64,000 nt of DNA from Balanoglossus misakiensis (taxonomy: Eukaryota > Animalia > Hemichordata): positions 20,197,028 to 20,261,027 of the forward strand of contig CM082576.2 in NCBI GenBank assembly GCA_040954595.2, given 5' to 3'. The notes beneath the pieces are model-generated. The model was not told where the DNA came from. It saw only the letters and a program-made list of their open reading frames with translations, and searched no databases. Shown here piece after piece: positions 51,301-64,000 of the stretch (position 1 is its first letter; each line of letters opens with the position of its first letter). The position numbers were made by a program, and so were the translations under genes.

Positions 51301-53384
51301 GTTTCTGCTCTAGAGTGTCAGGGTTTTAGCCGACTTATGCTGTAGGAAATCTGAGTTGATGAACGGGAATTCAATTTTAGAAAACCCGTGTGAAAAGTAT
51401 CTCTACCCGTTTGAAACTAAGAAAAGAATTTATTCTTATTTATTTTGTAAAAAAGACAATTTTATCGAAAAAAGTCGAAAATGGTAATTTTGTCTTGGGT
51501 GATTCAAATTATACTGCCTTTTCTGGAATTTGCAGCACTTTTTACAAGAGAACAACACTTCATGCTCCATAATATTTCCGAAAAAAATAAGAAAAGGGTT
51601 AATTTTTTATGATTTTTTAAAAATTTACCATTTTCGTCAAAATATGGCCAAAATGGCTATTTTTTCTTGAATTCCGTCAATATCTCTGCATTTTTGGAGT
51701 GGTCGAAAGTCTTAACATACAATCAACATGTCATATATGATCAGGGCACCAAATTCGAAGAACAAAGGTTTTTTTTTTTTTTCTAAAAATGACATTTTCA
51801 AGGAAAATTTGGTAAAACGCAATTTTGTCTGCAGTGAGCCAAATTAGACGGTCTTTTGTGGAATTTGTATCGATATATACATACGAAGAGCATTCTATAC
51901 TCCATCAGATTTCCGAAAATGTAGAAAACAGGTATTTTTTGTAATTTTCAAAAATTTACTATTTTGACCAAATTGTGGCTAAAATTGTTATTTTCGTGTT
52001 GAATGCCGCCAGTGTCACTGCTTTTAAAAGTCATAAAAACTTTTAACATACAAGCAATTGTTTATATATGATCAGGTCACCGAATTAATAAAATAAAGAA
52101 TGTTTTGCCTAAAAATGACCTTTTTGGTGCAAAAACGAATAAAACGCAATTTTGTATTAAATCAGCTCATTCAGAGTGCATTTTTTATAATCAGCACTAT
52201 TTTAACGTATAATGGAAATTTCATACATCATCTAATATCCAAATATGAAAAAATGATTTAGATTTTAGATGATTGTCCAAAATTAGCTGATATCTAATAA
52301 ATGTAGTATTGAACCGTTCTGTCCCCCCCCCCCCCTACATTATATGCGGTACGCCGATGTCAGCTTACCCGGCAGTACTGCAGGCCGTGCCCCCAACTAA
52401 CGTCGGTGTTTGAAACGCCCTGGTTAAATTCGGGCTTTCTCTATAAATTGACAGGCAATAATGCAGTCCTACCCGAACAAATGTCGAGTGTTGACCCGCT
52501 GTGACTTTCCCTCTTCGGTTTGCCCGACTTAGCCAACGTCTTTGTACTAGAGTGACGGGTCTTTTGCAGAGCCAGGCCGAAGGAAATCCGAGTAGATCAA
52601 CGTGGTCTCTGTACGCGTGTTTCTGCTCTAGAGTGCCAGGGCTTTAGCCAAGCCATGCCGTAGGAAATCTGACTTGATCAACGTTGCTAACGAACGCTAG
52701 TGTCTGTCATAGTGTGCCGGGGTTTTAGTCGAGCCAAGCCGTAGGATATCAGACTTGATCAACGTGGTCTCTGTACGCTTGTTTCTGCTCTAGAGTGCCG
52801 GGGCTTTATCCAAGCCATGCCGTAGAAAATCTGACTTGATCACCGTTGCTAACGTACGCTAGTGTCTGTCATATTGTGACGGAGATTTAGCCGAGCCAGG
52901 CCGTAGAAAAATCGACTTGTTCAACTTTACCAGTGTGCAACTGTTTCTGCTCTAGAGTGTCAGGGTTTCAGCCGACTTATGCTGTAGGAAATCTGAGTTG
53001 ATGAACGGGAATTCATTGTTAGAAAACCCGTGTGGAAAGTATCTCTACCCGTTTCAAACTAAGAAAAGAATTTATTCTTATTTATTTTGTAAAAAAGACA
53101 ATATTTCGAAAAAAAGTCGAAAATGGTAATTTTGTCTTGGGTGATTCAAATTATACCGCCTTTTCTGGAATTTGCAGCACTTTTTACAAGAGAACGACAC
53201 TTCATGATCCATAATATTTCCAAAAATGAAGAAAGGAGTTAATTTTTTATGATTTTTTAAAAATTTACCATTTTTGTCAAAATATGGCCAAAATGGCTAT
53301 TTTTTCTTGAATTCCGTCAATATCTCTGCATTTTTGGAGTGGTCGAAAGTTTTAACATACAATCAACATGTCATATATGATCAG

Positions 53385-53704
53385 GGCAGTGATCAATACT
53401 CCCGGGAGGGGGTTCGAGTATACTGACGTTGGAAAAGAAGCGAACGATTCAGTGCTAGGTAAAACACTGGTTTATTACCATCTGAATCGAACAACAAAGT
53501 AACACCACAGAGCTCCTTACAAAATGCTGCCCGAAAGCGCCAAAACTGGGTTATATATAAGTCCCACGAACTCCGGAGCAAACACTCAAAAATTACAATA
53601 AATCTGCTACAAGTATAAAGTTTGGCGGGAAACAAAGTCAACTCTGATAGGGTAAGAGTTTCCGTCACGTGATCCTTCTGGAGTAAATCTCTCACTTCTC
53701 CATA
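53385..53704 (-). repeat. BEL copy 2, 3' LTR (lacks about 16 outer bases)
   Basis: Matches 28437-28756 and is followed by the same PPT. Confidence 0.9.
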
Positions 53705-53875
53705 TTCTCCCCCGCGCAAAGGAAAGTCTCGAAAATCGTCAGAAAAAAAACATCAAATAACATGAAATATGATTAAAGTCACCTAAAGTGTTCAAGGATA
53801 ATAAACTAATGTTCATTGTGTCAGTAAACATGATAACAGTCACAATGCGATCGAAATTGTTTTCCAATTTCAAAG

Positions 53876-56800
53876 TCAAACAGAGAGATCCGCTATTCGT
53901 ACTCGAGCGGCAACTGCAGAGTCTCTGAGAGGTCGTCTCGGGGGTACAACATCCGCCTTCACCGAGGAATCTTCAGAGGCGCCAGCTGTGTCGACTGTTT
54001 CAGTATTCGTGTTGGAATCTGCTCCAATACCTGTATTATCTCCAGACACAGTTGACAGCTCCTTGGAGACAACTTCCAATGGGTACAATTTATGGATAGG
54101 TCGGTTTGTAGGACCACCTGCGGTGTTCAACTCCGCAGATCGTACCAGTTTATCATTACCGAAGATCAACCTTGTTACAGTTCCTAAATGCCATTTCGGA
54201 CGTTTGTCAGTGTCACTGTGTATTATCACGACATCTCCGACCTTGATGACATTATCACGAGTTCCTTTGGTGGGATGTCGTTCACGTAGGGCAGTCAGAT
54301 ACTCGGACGACCATCTTCGCCAAAATTGATCGTGTAATCTTGATAGATGTTCATATCTTTTGTTGATTTCACGATTATCACAGTAAGATGGGTCAATCAC
54401 CTCTTCGTCGGTGATCTCGATGTACGGCAATGAGGTCAGTGTCCTGCCATGTAGCAAGTGATTTGGGGTCAATCCAATATTGTCGTTTATACTGGATGAC
54501 ACGTACGTTAACGGCCTGTCGTTTAAAACGGCTTCAATTTCAGTCACAACTGTTGCGAGTTCATCAAAGGTTAGGTAAGCTCGACCGAGAGTTTTCCTAA
54601 TAGCGTTCTTTGTCAAAGCAATCAGCCTCTCCCAGAAGCCACCAAACCAGGGCGCGCGCTTCGGTATAAACGTCCATTGTACACGATGTGCGGCGAGAAA
54701 GTCATTTACTTCTGGCGTATCAAACAGTGTTTTCATTTCATTGGCAGCCGATAAATAAGTCGATGCGTTGTCTGACAGCATCCTACTCGGCAAAGAACGT
54801 CTCGCGGCGAATCTTCTGAACGCGTGCATGAACGTCTGGGTTGACATATCAGGAACCAGTTCTAGGTAAATTGCACGCGTCACCGCACAGGTGAATAAAC
54901 AGATATAGGCTTTGGCACGTGTCCCATCTTTGGCCTTGGTATAAAGATGACCCGTGAAATCCACGCCTGTTACAGTAAATGCTGGGACAATGTTCACTCG
55001 ATAACTTGGTAGCGGCGCTTGCACTGGATTCGCGTAAGGTTTCCCGGTAACTTTGTTGCAAATGACACAACCACGTAAGACACCGCGTACAATAATCCGA
55101 ATTTTGGGGATCCAATATCTTTGCCTTATCTGTGTCACTGTAGATTGGACTCCCTGGTGAAGCGTCAGTTCGTGTGATTTCCGTATTATCAAATTTGTCA
55201 ATTTATGATGCGAGGGTATCAAGGCGGGAAATCTTGTGACGAAATCGATCGGCGCGTTATGGATTCTACTCCCACAGCGAAGTACGTCTTCTTCGTCAAC
55301 AAATAAGTTCAGTTGTCGAACAATGGGCGCACATGTACTCAAGTTCAATTTCACAGACTGGATTTCGGCGTCATAGAACTGCCGTTGAATATGTTTAACC
55401 CACATATTTTCCGCTCGGTGCAGCTCATCAGAGGTAATTCTCCCGTGTTTCACCTCGGTAGATTTTTTCATCCGTGCGATGAATCTGAGGACATAACTTG
55501 TCACTCGTAATAGCCTATCCAAGTTGTTGAATCTGGAAATGTCAACAATGTGTTGAATTCCGTAGTCATTGGGACTGGTAATTTCCAGATTTTCGCGATC
55601 TGTACATCGTCTGGCTTTGGGGGGAGCGAGTATTTCTGCGTTCTCGGTAGACTGATCGTTGATTCCGTTGCCGAAACGCAGCGGCAATCTGTCCGTCTCA
55701 TCTGGTTCGATTGCGGTATGCATCACATTAACATCAAACGCTGGGCAACTAGGCCAATCGCTTGTCTTTAGCCATGTTGGTCCATTACGCCATAGTTCAG
55801 AGCGTTCCATCATTTCGTAGGTTACCCCTCTGGTTAAAAGATCAGCTGGGTTGTGTTCTGATGGGCAGTATTTCTTTGTGGACTGAAATTCGCGAATTTC
55901 ATCTACTCGATTCTTCACAAACACCGGAAGTCTCTTCTCACTGTTCAGCCAGTGAAGGACAATTTGGCTGTCACTCCATAAATAACAACGAACTATGTCA
56001 TATTTGGAGGACAGGGCTTCTTTAGCGTACTTGCTGAGACGTGTGGCTATTAACGCAGCCATCAATTCCAGTCGTGGGAGTGTAGTTTCAGCCACTGGTG
56101 CGGTTCTAGTCTTCGCCATCACAAACGACGTTTGCTGTCCTCTTTTCAAATACACTACTGCCCCATACGCTCTCTGGCTTGCGTCTGCAAAGGCGTGTAG
56201 CTCGCATTCATTGTCGCCTTCAAGTTCATCAAAATATTGTCGTTCGATCTTCGTGTTTTGCGAGTCTTTGAGATCTTCTGCGATGTGCATCCATTGAGTG
56301 TAGAGATCTGCGTTGATAGGTTCATCCCAGTCTAATTCCAGTTTCCATAGTAACTGAATGAACAATTTGGCTTTGATCATTACAGGGACGAGAAATCCAA
56401 ACGGATCAAATAGCATCGCCACATAGCTGACAATGTCACGTTTGGTCACGAGTTCGGCACGCGACGACATATTAACCACTTTAGAGTAAGTCAGATTTTG
56501 TTGACCACTGCATTCCCAAAACGGATACATCTTCGGTGGGTTCGTTCAGATTGTCACATGTAGCGAGTTCGTTTATTTGTTGACAGTTGGAAGACCATGC
56601 TCTGAGTTTGAATCCGCCTGATGTCATCAACTCATTGGCTTCATGGTAGTATTTCATGGCATTTTCTGCAGTATCAACTCCATCGATCACATTATCCACA
56701 TAAATATTATTTCCCAATCTGTCAGCGGTGGGAAGTTGACTATTGTTCTCTAAATGCGTCTTGATAACCGCATTGAGGATGAATGGGGAACAGACTGCTC

Positions 56801-59433
56801 CAAACACGACAGACGTAAACTGCAAAGTTATGAAGTCACTTTCTGGGTCGTTAATGTCCGACAGCCACAGAAATTTCGTGAATTTCCTCTCATCTTCTTC
56901 CAACCGAATGTTCAGGAATGCTTTCTCAATGTCAGCTGTGAAAGCAATGTTATTGGCGCGGAATCACAGCAGAATCGCTGGCAGGTCATTTATTAATGAC
57001 GGTCCAGTTTGCAAGCAATCATTCAAACTTGGATAATTAGAATCCTTCTTACAAGAGCAATCATAAACGATGCGAATGGGTGTTGTGGTCGAATTCTTAA
57101 CCACCGGACGATGTGGCAAATAGTGTCCGATATTCACGTCATCTTCGTCAACCTCTCCGATGAAGTCGCGACGTCTCTGTTCATTGATTATGTCGTCATA
57201 TTTCTTGATGAGTTCAGAGGGTAACCTGCGTATCGTATTACGCGTGCGTTTCATGGCGACATCGTAGTTGGTGGGTAGTGGAGGGTGATCTTCCTTCCAC
57301 GGTAGTTTAGCTACGTATTTTCCTCGGTCAACTCTCAAGTGCGTGTCTCTGTAAGACTCGTACGTCAACTGTTCATCAACTGTTGGATTGTCCTGAATAC
57401 CGATCAATTCAAGGTCCCACATATTTTGGACCTGTGGTTCTCGGCCGATCGCAGTACTATCCATCGGTGTATACATGTCCGTTGCGCGATCTCCATGCAG
57501 TCCGTTGATAGAGTTCTCTGAAACTACGTTACTGGTATCAGCAGTAGAAATCACGTGTAAGATATGCGCATTAGAATCCACTTTGGGAGTTCCGAGGGGT
57601 CCGGAGAGTAAGTATCCAAATTTGGATGACACAGCAGTGGGGCCGGACGCGCCAGAAATAACGTGTGAGCCCACGAAATTCCAATATTGGTCGGCTCCGA
57701 TTAGAACATCAATTGGCCACGACTGATCACTCGAAACTGGATGTGCGAATGGTAGCCCTTTCAGGTGGCTCATATTGTGGACTTCCTGAGAAATGTGATT
57801 TGTTAAGTCCGACGATATCTCTGGAATTATCATCGCGTGAATAGCATGAGCAGTTAGTTCGGTGAATCCCATGGTGCGTACTTTGGAGTCCTTGCCACCG
57901 AAGGTCGATAACTTTATGTGTTCGTGCCGCGTAGCTTTCGCGGACAGCTGACGGGCGAATCTCTCAGTGACGAATGTCTTATTTGCTCCTTCATCAAACA
58001 GGATGACGGCATGTATGGGGGCTCCCCGTCCGACAGACAGTGGTACAAACGCAGTTTTCAGCAGCACTGGCCCAGTGTTTATCTTCTTATCCGTAAATGT
58101 ATCGGTATTAGTCAATGTTACTTTGACATCAGAAGTACTTGATGATGGCGATGGCGAGGACGACGCTCCGGTTGGCGTCGTTGTAGCGGTGGGAACGTCG
58201 TAGTGTAGCGCAGAGTGCAGGAGTATTTTGATTTACACTCCGCAACTCTATGTTTTCCAAAGCAATTAAAACATAGTCTGTCCTTCTTCACAATGTCCAG
58301 TCTCTCGCGCGTATCAGTTACCACAGTGCAATTTGACGCGAAGTGTGACCCTTTGCAGAACGGGCACGTTTTGACAGGGGCGCGAAACTTCTGTTTACCT
58401 GTCATCTGCGTTTTCGTGTGAAACGCGGTTATTTCCGGTTCTCTGGTAGTGGCCATTGTTATCTCGTCGACCCGGTTGCCGGCTTGAAGGGTGTTTATCT
58501 CGTGTTGAATGGCTTTTCGTAGATCTGCTAATGTCCACGCAGCATTACCATGTTTTCTTGCTATCTGCTCTCGAATGTTAGGAGGTAATTTCTCCCGTAT
58601 TATTGGAACCAAAGTTCGCCGTATGTGGTTTCCTCCTTACCCAGCGATTGAAGACCTCGAACGTGATTTTCAATCGAGTCGTAGAAATGCCTTAAACTTT
58701 GTACGTCGGCGGTTGGGCTTTGTAGATTCCACAACGCGGTCATATGAGCATCTACTATGAGATGGGTTTGTCCGTATCTTTCGGTCAATAAGTCAATCGC
58801 GTGCGTGAGTGGCAATCCGTTGATTGTTCTCGCTGCTTCATCTTTGAGTACACTCCGCAAATACGTAAACTTCTGAATGTTGTCCAAATTAGTGTCCGAA
58901 GGTATCGAAGACTTGAATACATCGAAGAAACTCGACCATTCTATTACATTGCCTGAGAAAGTTTGCAGCTGGAGTTTCGGTAGAGTTACTGTTTTACGAG
59001 GCGTCGCGTTGCCGAGGCTGCTTCCCGTTACATTACCAGTACTAGTAGTAGTTGTCCGCATCTCCGATTTGTTTTTCTTGATGAAAGATGCGATGCGATG
59101 ATTGTGTTCGAAGATTTCGGCCTGGTAGTCGCCTGAAGTTTCATTTTCTTCGTCAAAGTGTTCATCGTCAATTAGATCGAGGATTCTCACCTCGAGGTAG
59201 GCGAGTAGACGGATCTTGTTCTAAAGTTGTTCGTTCAGCCCTTCCAGCGTGTCGAGTGTAGTCGGCTTGTCTGTACCGACGTCTACGAAATTGTTCATGA
59301 GGGTGTCGGCCTTGTTGAACAGTCGGGTCACTTGTGCGCGTTGACCACGACGCGATCTCTTCAGTTTTGTCAACGCTGTTGGCTGATCCTCTTGTTGTCC
59401 ATCTTGTGGCGCGATGTGTTCTTGTTCCGACAT
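53876..59433 (-). pseudogene. BEL/Pao gag-pol polyprotein, disrupted (copy 2)
   Basis: Same domains as copy 1. Stops at 59221 and 56964; frameshifts near 58612, 58216 and 56490; in-frame 21-bp deletion near 57843. The RNase H-integrase part is open (53876-56490). Confidence 0.93.
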
Positions 59434-59447
59434 CTTGCTCTGTTATA

Positions 59448-59462
59448 CTGGTCTCGGCACCA
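59448..59462 (-). other. Primer-binding site of BEL copy 2
   Basis: Same TGGTGCCGAGACCAG as copy 1. Confidence 0.7.
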
Positions 59463-59466
59463 AAAA

Positions 59467-59815
59467 TGTGGGGAAGTATCGTGGCAGTGATCAATACTCC
59501 CGGGAGGGGGTTCGAGTATACTGACGTCGGAAAAGAAGCGAACGATTCAGTGCTAGGTAAAACACTGGTTGATTACCATCTGAATCCAACAACAAAGTAA
59601 CACCACAGAGCTCCTTACAAAAAGCTGCCCGAAAGCGCCAAAACTGGGTTATATATAAGTCCCACGAACGCCGGAGCAAACACTCAAAAATTACAATAAA
59701 TCTGCTACAAGTATAAAGTTTGGAGGGAAACTCTGATATCAACTGATATCAACTCTGATAGGGTAAGAGTTTCCGTCACGTGATCCTTCTGGAGTAAATC
59801 TCTCACTTCTCCATA
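59467..59815 (-). repeat. BEL copy 2, 5' LTR
   Basis: Matches 35971-36306, with a local aact(ct)gatatc expansion at ~59729-59760. Confidence 0.92.
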
Positions 59816-62800
59816 CAAATTGTGGCTTAAATTGTTATTTTCGTGTTGAATGCCGCCAGTGTCACTGCTTTTAAAAGTCATAAAAACTTTTAACATACAA
59901 GCAATTGTTTATATATGATCAGGTCACCGAATTAAAAAATAAAGAATGTTTTGCCTAAAATGACCTTTTTGGTGCAATAACGAATAAAACGCAATTTTGT
60001 ATTTAATCAGCTCATTCACAGTGCATTTTTTATAATCAGCACCATTTTTACATATAATGGAAATTTCATACATCATCAGATATCCAAATATGAAAAAATG
60101 ATTTAGATTTTAGATGATTGTCCAAAATTAGCTGATATCTAATAAATGTAGTATTGAACCGTTCTGTTTCCCCCCCCCCCCCTACATTATATGCGGTACG
60201 CCGATGTCAGCTTACCCGGCAGTACTGCAGGCTGTGCCCCCAACTAACGTCAGTGTTTGAAACGCCGTGGTTAAATTCGGGCTTTCTCTATAAATTGACA
60301 GGCAATAATGCGGTCCTACCCGAACAAATGTCAAGTGTTGAACCGCTGTGACTTTCCCTCTTCGGTTTGCCCGACTTAGCCAACGTCTTTGTACTAGAGT
60401 GTCGGGTCTTTTGCAGAGCCAGGCCGAAGGAAATCCGACTTGATCACCGTTGCTAACGAACGCTAGTGTCTGTCATGGAGTGCCGGGGTTTTAGTCGAGC
60501 CAGGCCGTAGGAGATCTGACTTGATCATCGTGGTCAATGTACGCGTGTTTCCGCTCTAAAGTGCCGGGGCTTCAGCTAAACCAGGCCGTAGGAAATCCGA
60601 CGTAATCACCGTTGATAACTTACGCCAGTCAGTGTCATATAGAGCCGGTGCACCAGCCGAGTCACGCCGTAGGAAATCTGACTTGATCAACGTGGTCAAT
60701 GTACGCCTGTTTCTGCTCTAGAGTGCCGGGGCTTCAGCTGAGCCAGGCCGTAGGAAACCCGACGTGGTTACCGTTGTTAACTTACGCCAGTCTGTGTCCT
60801 ATATATAGTGCCGGGGCATCAGCCGTGCCAGGCCGAAGGAAATGTGAGTAGATCAACGTGGTCTCTGTACGCATGTTTCTGCTCTAGAGTGCCAGGGCTT
60901 TAGCCAAGGCATGCCGTAGGAAATCTGACTTGATCAACGTTGCTAACGAACGCTAGTGTCTGTCATAGTAAGCCTGTGTTTTAGTCGAGCCAAGCCGTAG
61001 GAGATCAGACTTGATCAACGTGGTCTCTGTACGCGTGTTTCTGCTCTAGAGTGCCGGGGCTTTATCCAAGCCATGCCGTAGAAAATCTGACTTGATCACC
61101 GTTGCTAACGTACGCTAGTGTCTGTCATATTGTGACGGAGATTTAGCCGAGCCAGGCCGTAGAAAAATCGATTTGTTGAACGTTACCAGTGTGCAACTGT
61201 TTCTGCTCTAGAGTGTCAGGGTTTTAGCCGACTTATGCTGTAGGAAATCTGAGTTGATGAATGGGAATTCAATGTTAGAAAACCCGTGTGGAAAGTATCT
61301 CTACCCGTTTGAAACTAAGAAAAGAATTTATTCTTATTTATTTTGTAAAAAAGACAATTTTTCGAAAAACAGTCGAAAATGGTAATTTTGTCTTGGGTGA
61401 TTCAAATTATTCCGCCTTTTCTGGAATTTGCAGCACTTTTTACAAGAGAACGACACTTCATGCTCCATAATATTTCCGAAAATGAAGAAAAGAGTTAATT
61501 TTTTATGATTTTTTAAAAAAATTTACCATTTTTGTCAAAATATGGCCAAAATGGCTATTTTTTCTTCAATTCCGTCAATATCTCAGCATTTTTGGTGTGG
61601 TCGAAACTTTTAACATACAATCAACATGTCATATATAATCAGGGCACCGAATTCGAAGAACAAATACAGCTTTTATTAATTGTTTTTCTAAAAATGACAT
61701 TTTCAAGCAAAATTTGATAACATGCAATTTTGTCTGCAGTGAGCCAAATTAGACTGTCTTTTGTGGAAATTGTATCGATATATACATACGAATGGCATTC
61801 TATACTCCATCAGATTACCGAAAATGTAGGAAACAGTTATTTTTCGTAATTTTGAAAAATTTACCATTTTGACCAAATTGTGGCTAAAATTTTTATTTTC
61901 GTGTTGAATGCCGCCAGTGTCACTGCTTTTAAAAGTCATAAAAACTTTTAACATACAAGCAATTGTTTATATATGATCAGGTCACCGAATTAAAAAATAA
62001 AGAATGTTTTGCCTAAAAATGACCTTTTTGGTGCAATAACGAATAAAACGCAATTTTGTATTTAATCAGCTCATTCACAGTGCATATTTTATTATCAGCA
62101 CCATTTTTACATATAATGGAAATTTCATACATCATCAGATATCCAAATATGAAAAAATGATTTAGATTTTAGATGATTGTCCAAAATTAGCTGATATCTA
62201 ATAAATGTAGTATTGAACCGTTCTGTTCCCCCCCCCCCCTACATTATATGCGGTACGCCGATGTCAGCTTACCCGGCAGTACTGCAGGCCGTGCCCCCAA
62301 CTAACGTCGGTGTTTGAAACGCCGTGGTTAAATTCGGGCTTTCTCTATAAATTGACAGGCAATAATGCAGTCCTACCCGAACAAATGTCAAGTGTTGAAC
62401 CGCTGTGACTTTCCCTCTTCGGTTTGCCCGATTAGCCAACGTCTTTGTACTAGAGTGTCGGGTCTTTTGCAGAGCCAGGCCGAAGGAAATCCGACTTGAT
62501 CACCGTTGCTAACGAACGCTAGTGTCTGTCATGGTGTGCCGGGGTTTTAGTCGAGCCAGGCCGTAGGAGATCTGACTTGATCATCGTGGTCAATGTACGC
62601 GTGTTTCCGCTCTAAAGTGCCGGGGCTTCAGCTAAACCAGGCCGTAGGAAATCCGACGTAATCACCGTTGATAACTTACGCCAGTCTGTGTCATATAGTG
62701 CCGGTGCACCAGCCGAGTCACGCCGTAGGAAATCTGACTTGATCAACGTGGTCAATGAACGCCTGTTTCTGCTCTAGAGTGCAGGGGCTTCAGCTGAGCC

Positions 62801-63245
62801 AGGCCGTAGGAAACCCGACGTGATTACCATTGTTAACTTACGCCAGTCTGTGTCCTATATATAGTGCCGGGGCATCAGCCGTGCCAGGCCGAAGGAAATG
62901 TGAGTAGATCAACGTGGTCTCTGTACGCGTGTTTCTGCTCTAGAGTGCCAGGGCTTTAGCCAAGCCATGCCGTAGGAAATCTGACTTGATCAACGTTGCT
63001 AACGAATGCTAGTGTCTGTCATAGTGTGCCGGGGTTTCAGTCGAGCCAAGCCGTAGGAGATCAGACTTGATCAACGTGGTCTCTGTACGCGTGTTTCTGC
63101 TCTAGAGTGCCGGGGCTTTATCCAAGCCATGCCGTAGAAAATCTGACTTGATCACCGTTGCTAACGTACGCTAGTGTCTGTCATATTGTGACGGAGATTT
63201 AGCCAAGCCAGGCCCTAGAAAAATCGACTTGTTCAACGTTACCAG

Positions 63246-64000
63246 TGTAGTAACCTCGATGTGCCGTCTCAAATGGTGCCCTAATTCACATCAAAGGCCA
63301 CAGGGTTCTATAGTATTTGCCGTTAACTAACTGGAGCTCACCATCGCCGACGAACATTCCTTGTCAGATGTCACAGAAAACGCTGCTCGGAACTTTACAC
63401 GAACATTTAATGACTGAACACACAACACTGGCACTGGATGATGCGTCGCGGTGGTTGAAGTTTCCGTAGAAAACTGGCAAAAATCCCCAGGCTAACTGTG
63501 CAAAAGTCCTCACATGTGCGCCATGGAATTTTCCAGATATTTTCTAAACAAAAGCGCATGCGCTAATGTACTCACAGCGCGAGGGCGCTAGACTAAATAT
63601 TTCAGTTTCTCTAAGAACTGGGCGTCCTTACACCAGCCCCCAAATTGTTCATCAAAAAACATTAACACTTTCCATCCTAGCAAATTCAAAACGCCAACAT
63701 CCATATGTGCCGAAATTACATATCAAATAGAAATTACAAAACAATATCTATAAATATCTCGAAACGCGAAGTCGAAAGTTTTTCAGGAAACGCGAATACA
63801 AGAATCCTTTTCTTCATGAATGTGATGATACATCCTAGACCATGCCCAGACCTCGTCCGGTCAATCATGCTGCCAAGCATGATATCCAACACATCTGTAC
63901 TTCAAAGATGAGATCAAACGCTGGACGTAGTGGATAGACTGGCCACTACTTGAGATCGTTGTTATTACAGCTGCTGGTAACTGCAACCATACCAATACCA
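63246..64000 (-). mobile_element. 3' end of another LTR retrotransposon: LTR 63246-63632 plus internal non-coding sequence running out of the window
   Basis: Satellite breaks at ttaccag|TGTAG. A 387-bp segment ends TTACA and is followed by ccagccccc, which reads GGGGGCTGG (PPT-like) on the minus strand. No coding sequence is in view. Confidence 0.65.

Larger units (their letters stand above)
53385..59815 (-). mobile_element. BEL/Pao LTR retrotransposon, copy 2 (outer end of the 3' LTR deleted)
   Basis: Nearly identical to copy 1 but without the LINE. Same right junction (ctccata|caaattgtggc). Left junction is a deletion joined at GGCA. Confidence 0.95.
6161..63245. repeat. Tandem macrosatellite, about 19-20 head-to-tail units of 1.65-2.7 kb, interrupted by transposable elements
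   Basis: The marker tgaaccgttctgtt-(C)n-tacattatatgcggtac (or a variant) recurs near 7281, 9979, 11673, 13379, 15899, 22608, 24666, 26718, 36666, 38793, 40844, 42909, 44560, 46336, 48217, 50109, 52323, 60170 and 62228. Units are highly similar; length varies with 81-mer copy number. Confidence 0.97.

Noticed and set aside
6586-61954. Recurrent short ORFs (MESISTRLKL..., MSKYGQNGY..., MNRSV...)
   Set aside because: These are chance frames in the satellite with non-ATG starts, broken by homopolymer indels in many units.
63242-63641. Solo LTR with a CCAG target duplication
   Set aside because: CCAG flanks both sides, but satellite does not resume afterwards. The right CCAG is part of the PPT-like tract.

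Overview
Repeat-rich eukaryotic (animal, most plausibly marine invertebrate) heterochromatin with no host protein-coding gene. The backbone (6161-63245) is a tandem macrosatellite of about 19-20 units of 1.65-2.7 kb. Each unit has an AT-rich part built from diverged ~330-bp repeats, a poly-C tract, a ~250-bp unique GC-richer segment and a variable array of 81-bp monomers arranged as 162-bp dimers. Inserted into it are: a Ty3/Gypsy LTR retrotransposon with an open pol ORF and 3' LTR (1-6160); a 797-bp TTAA-flanked MITE (13487-14283); a 3'-truncated, intron-containing DNA transposon encoding a RAG1-related Chapaev-type transposase pseudogene (15914-21172); two BEL/Pao retrotransposon copies at the identical satellite position (28421-36306, 53385-59815), the first carrying a nested CR1-like LINE; and the end of another LTR element (63246-64000). 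The most notable items are the RAG1-like transposon, reconstructed by hand from 8 exons, and evidence that the two BEL copies come from a ~24-kb segmental duplication inside the array. All calls are by eye; no database searches or alignments were run.
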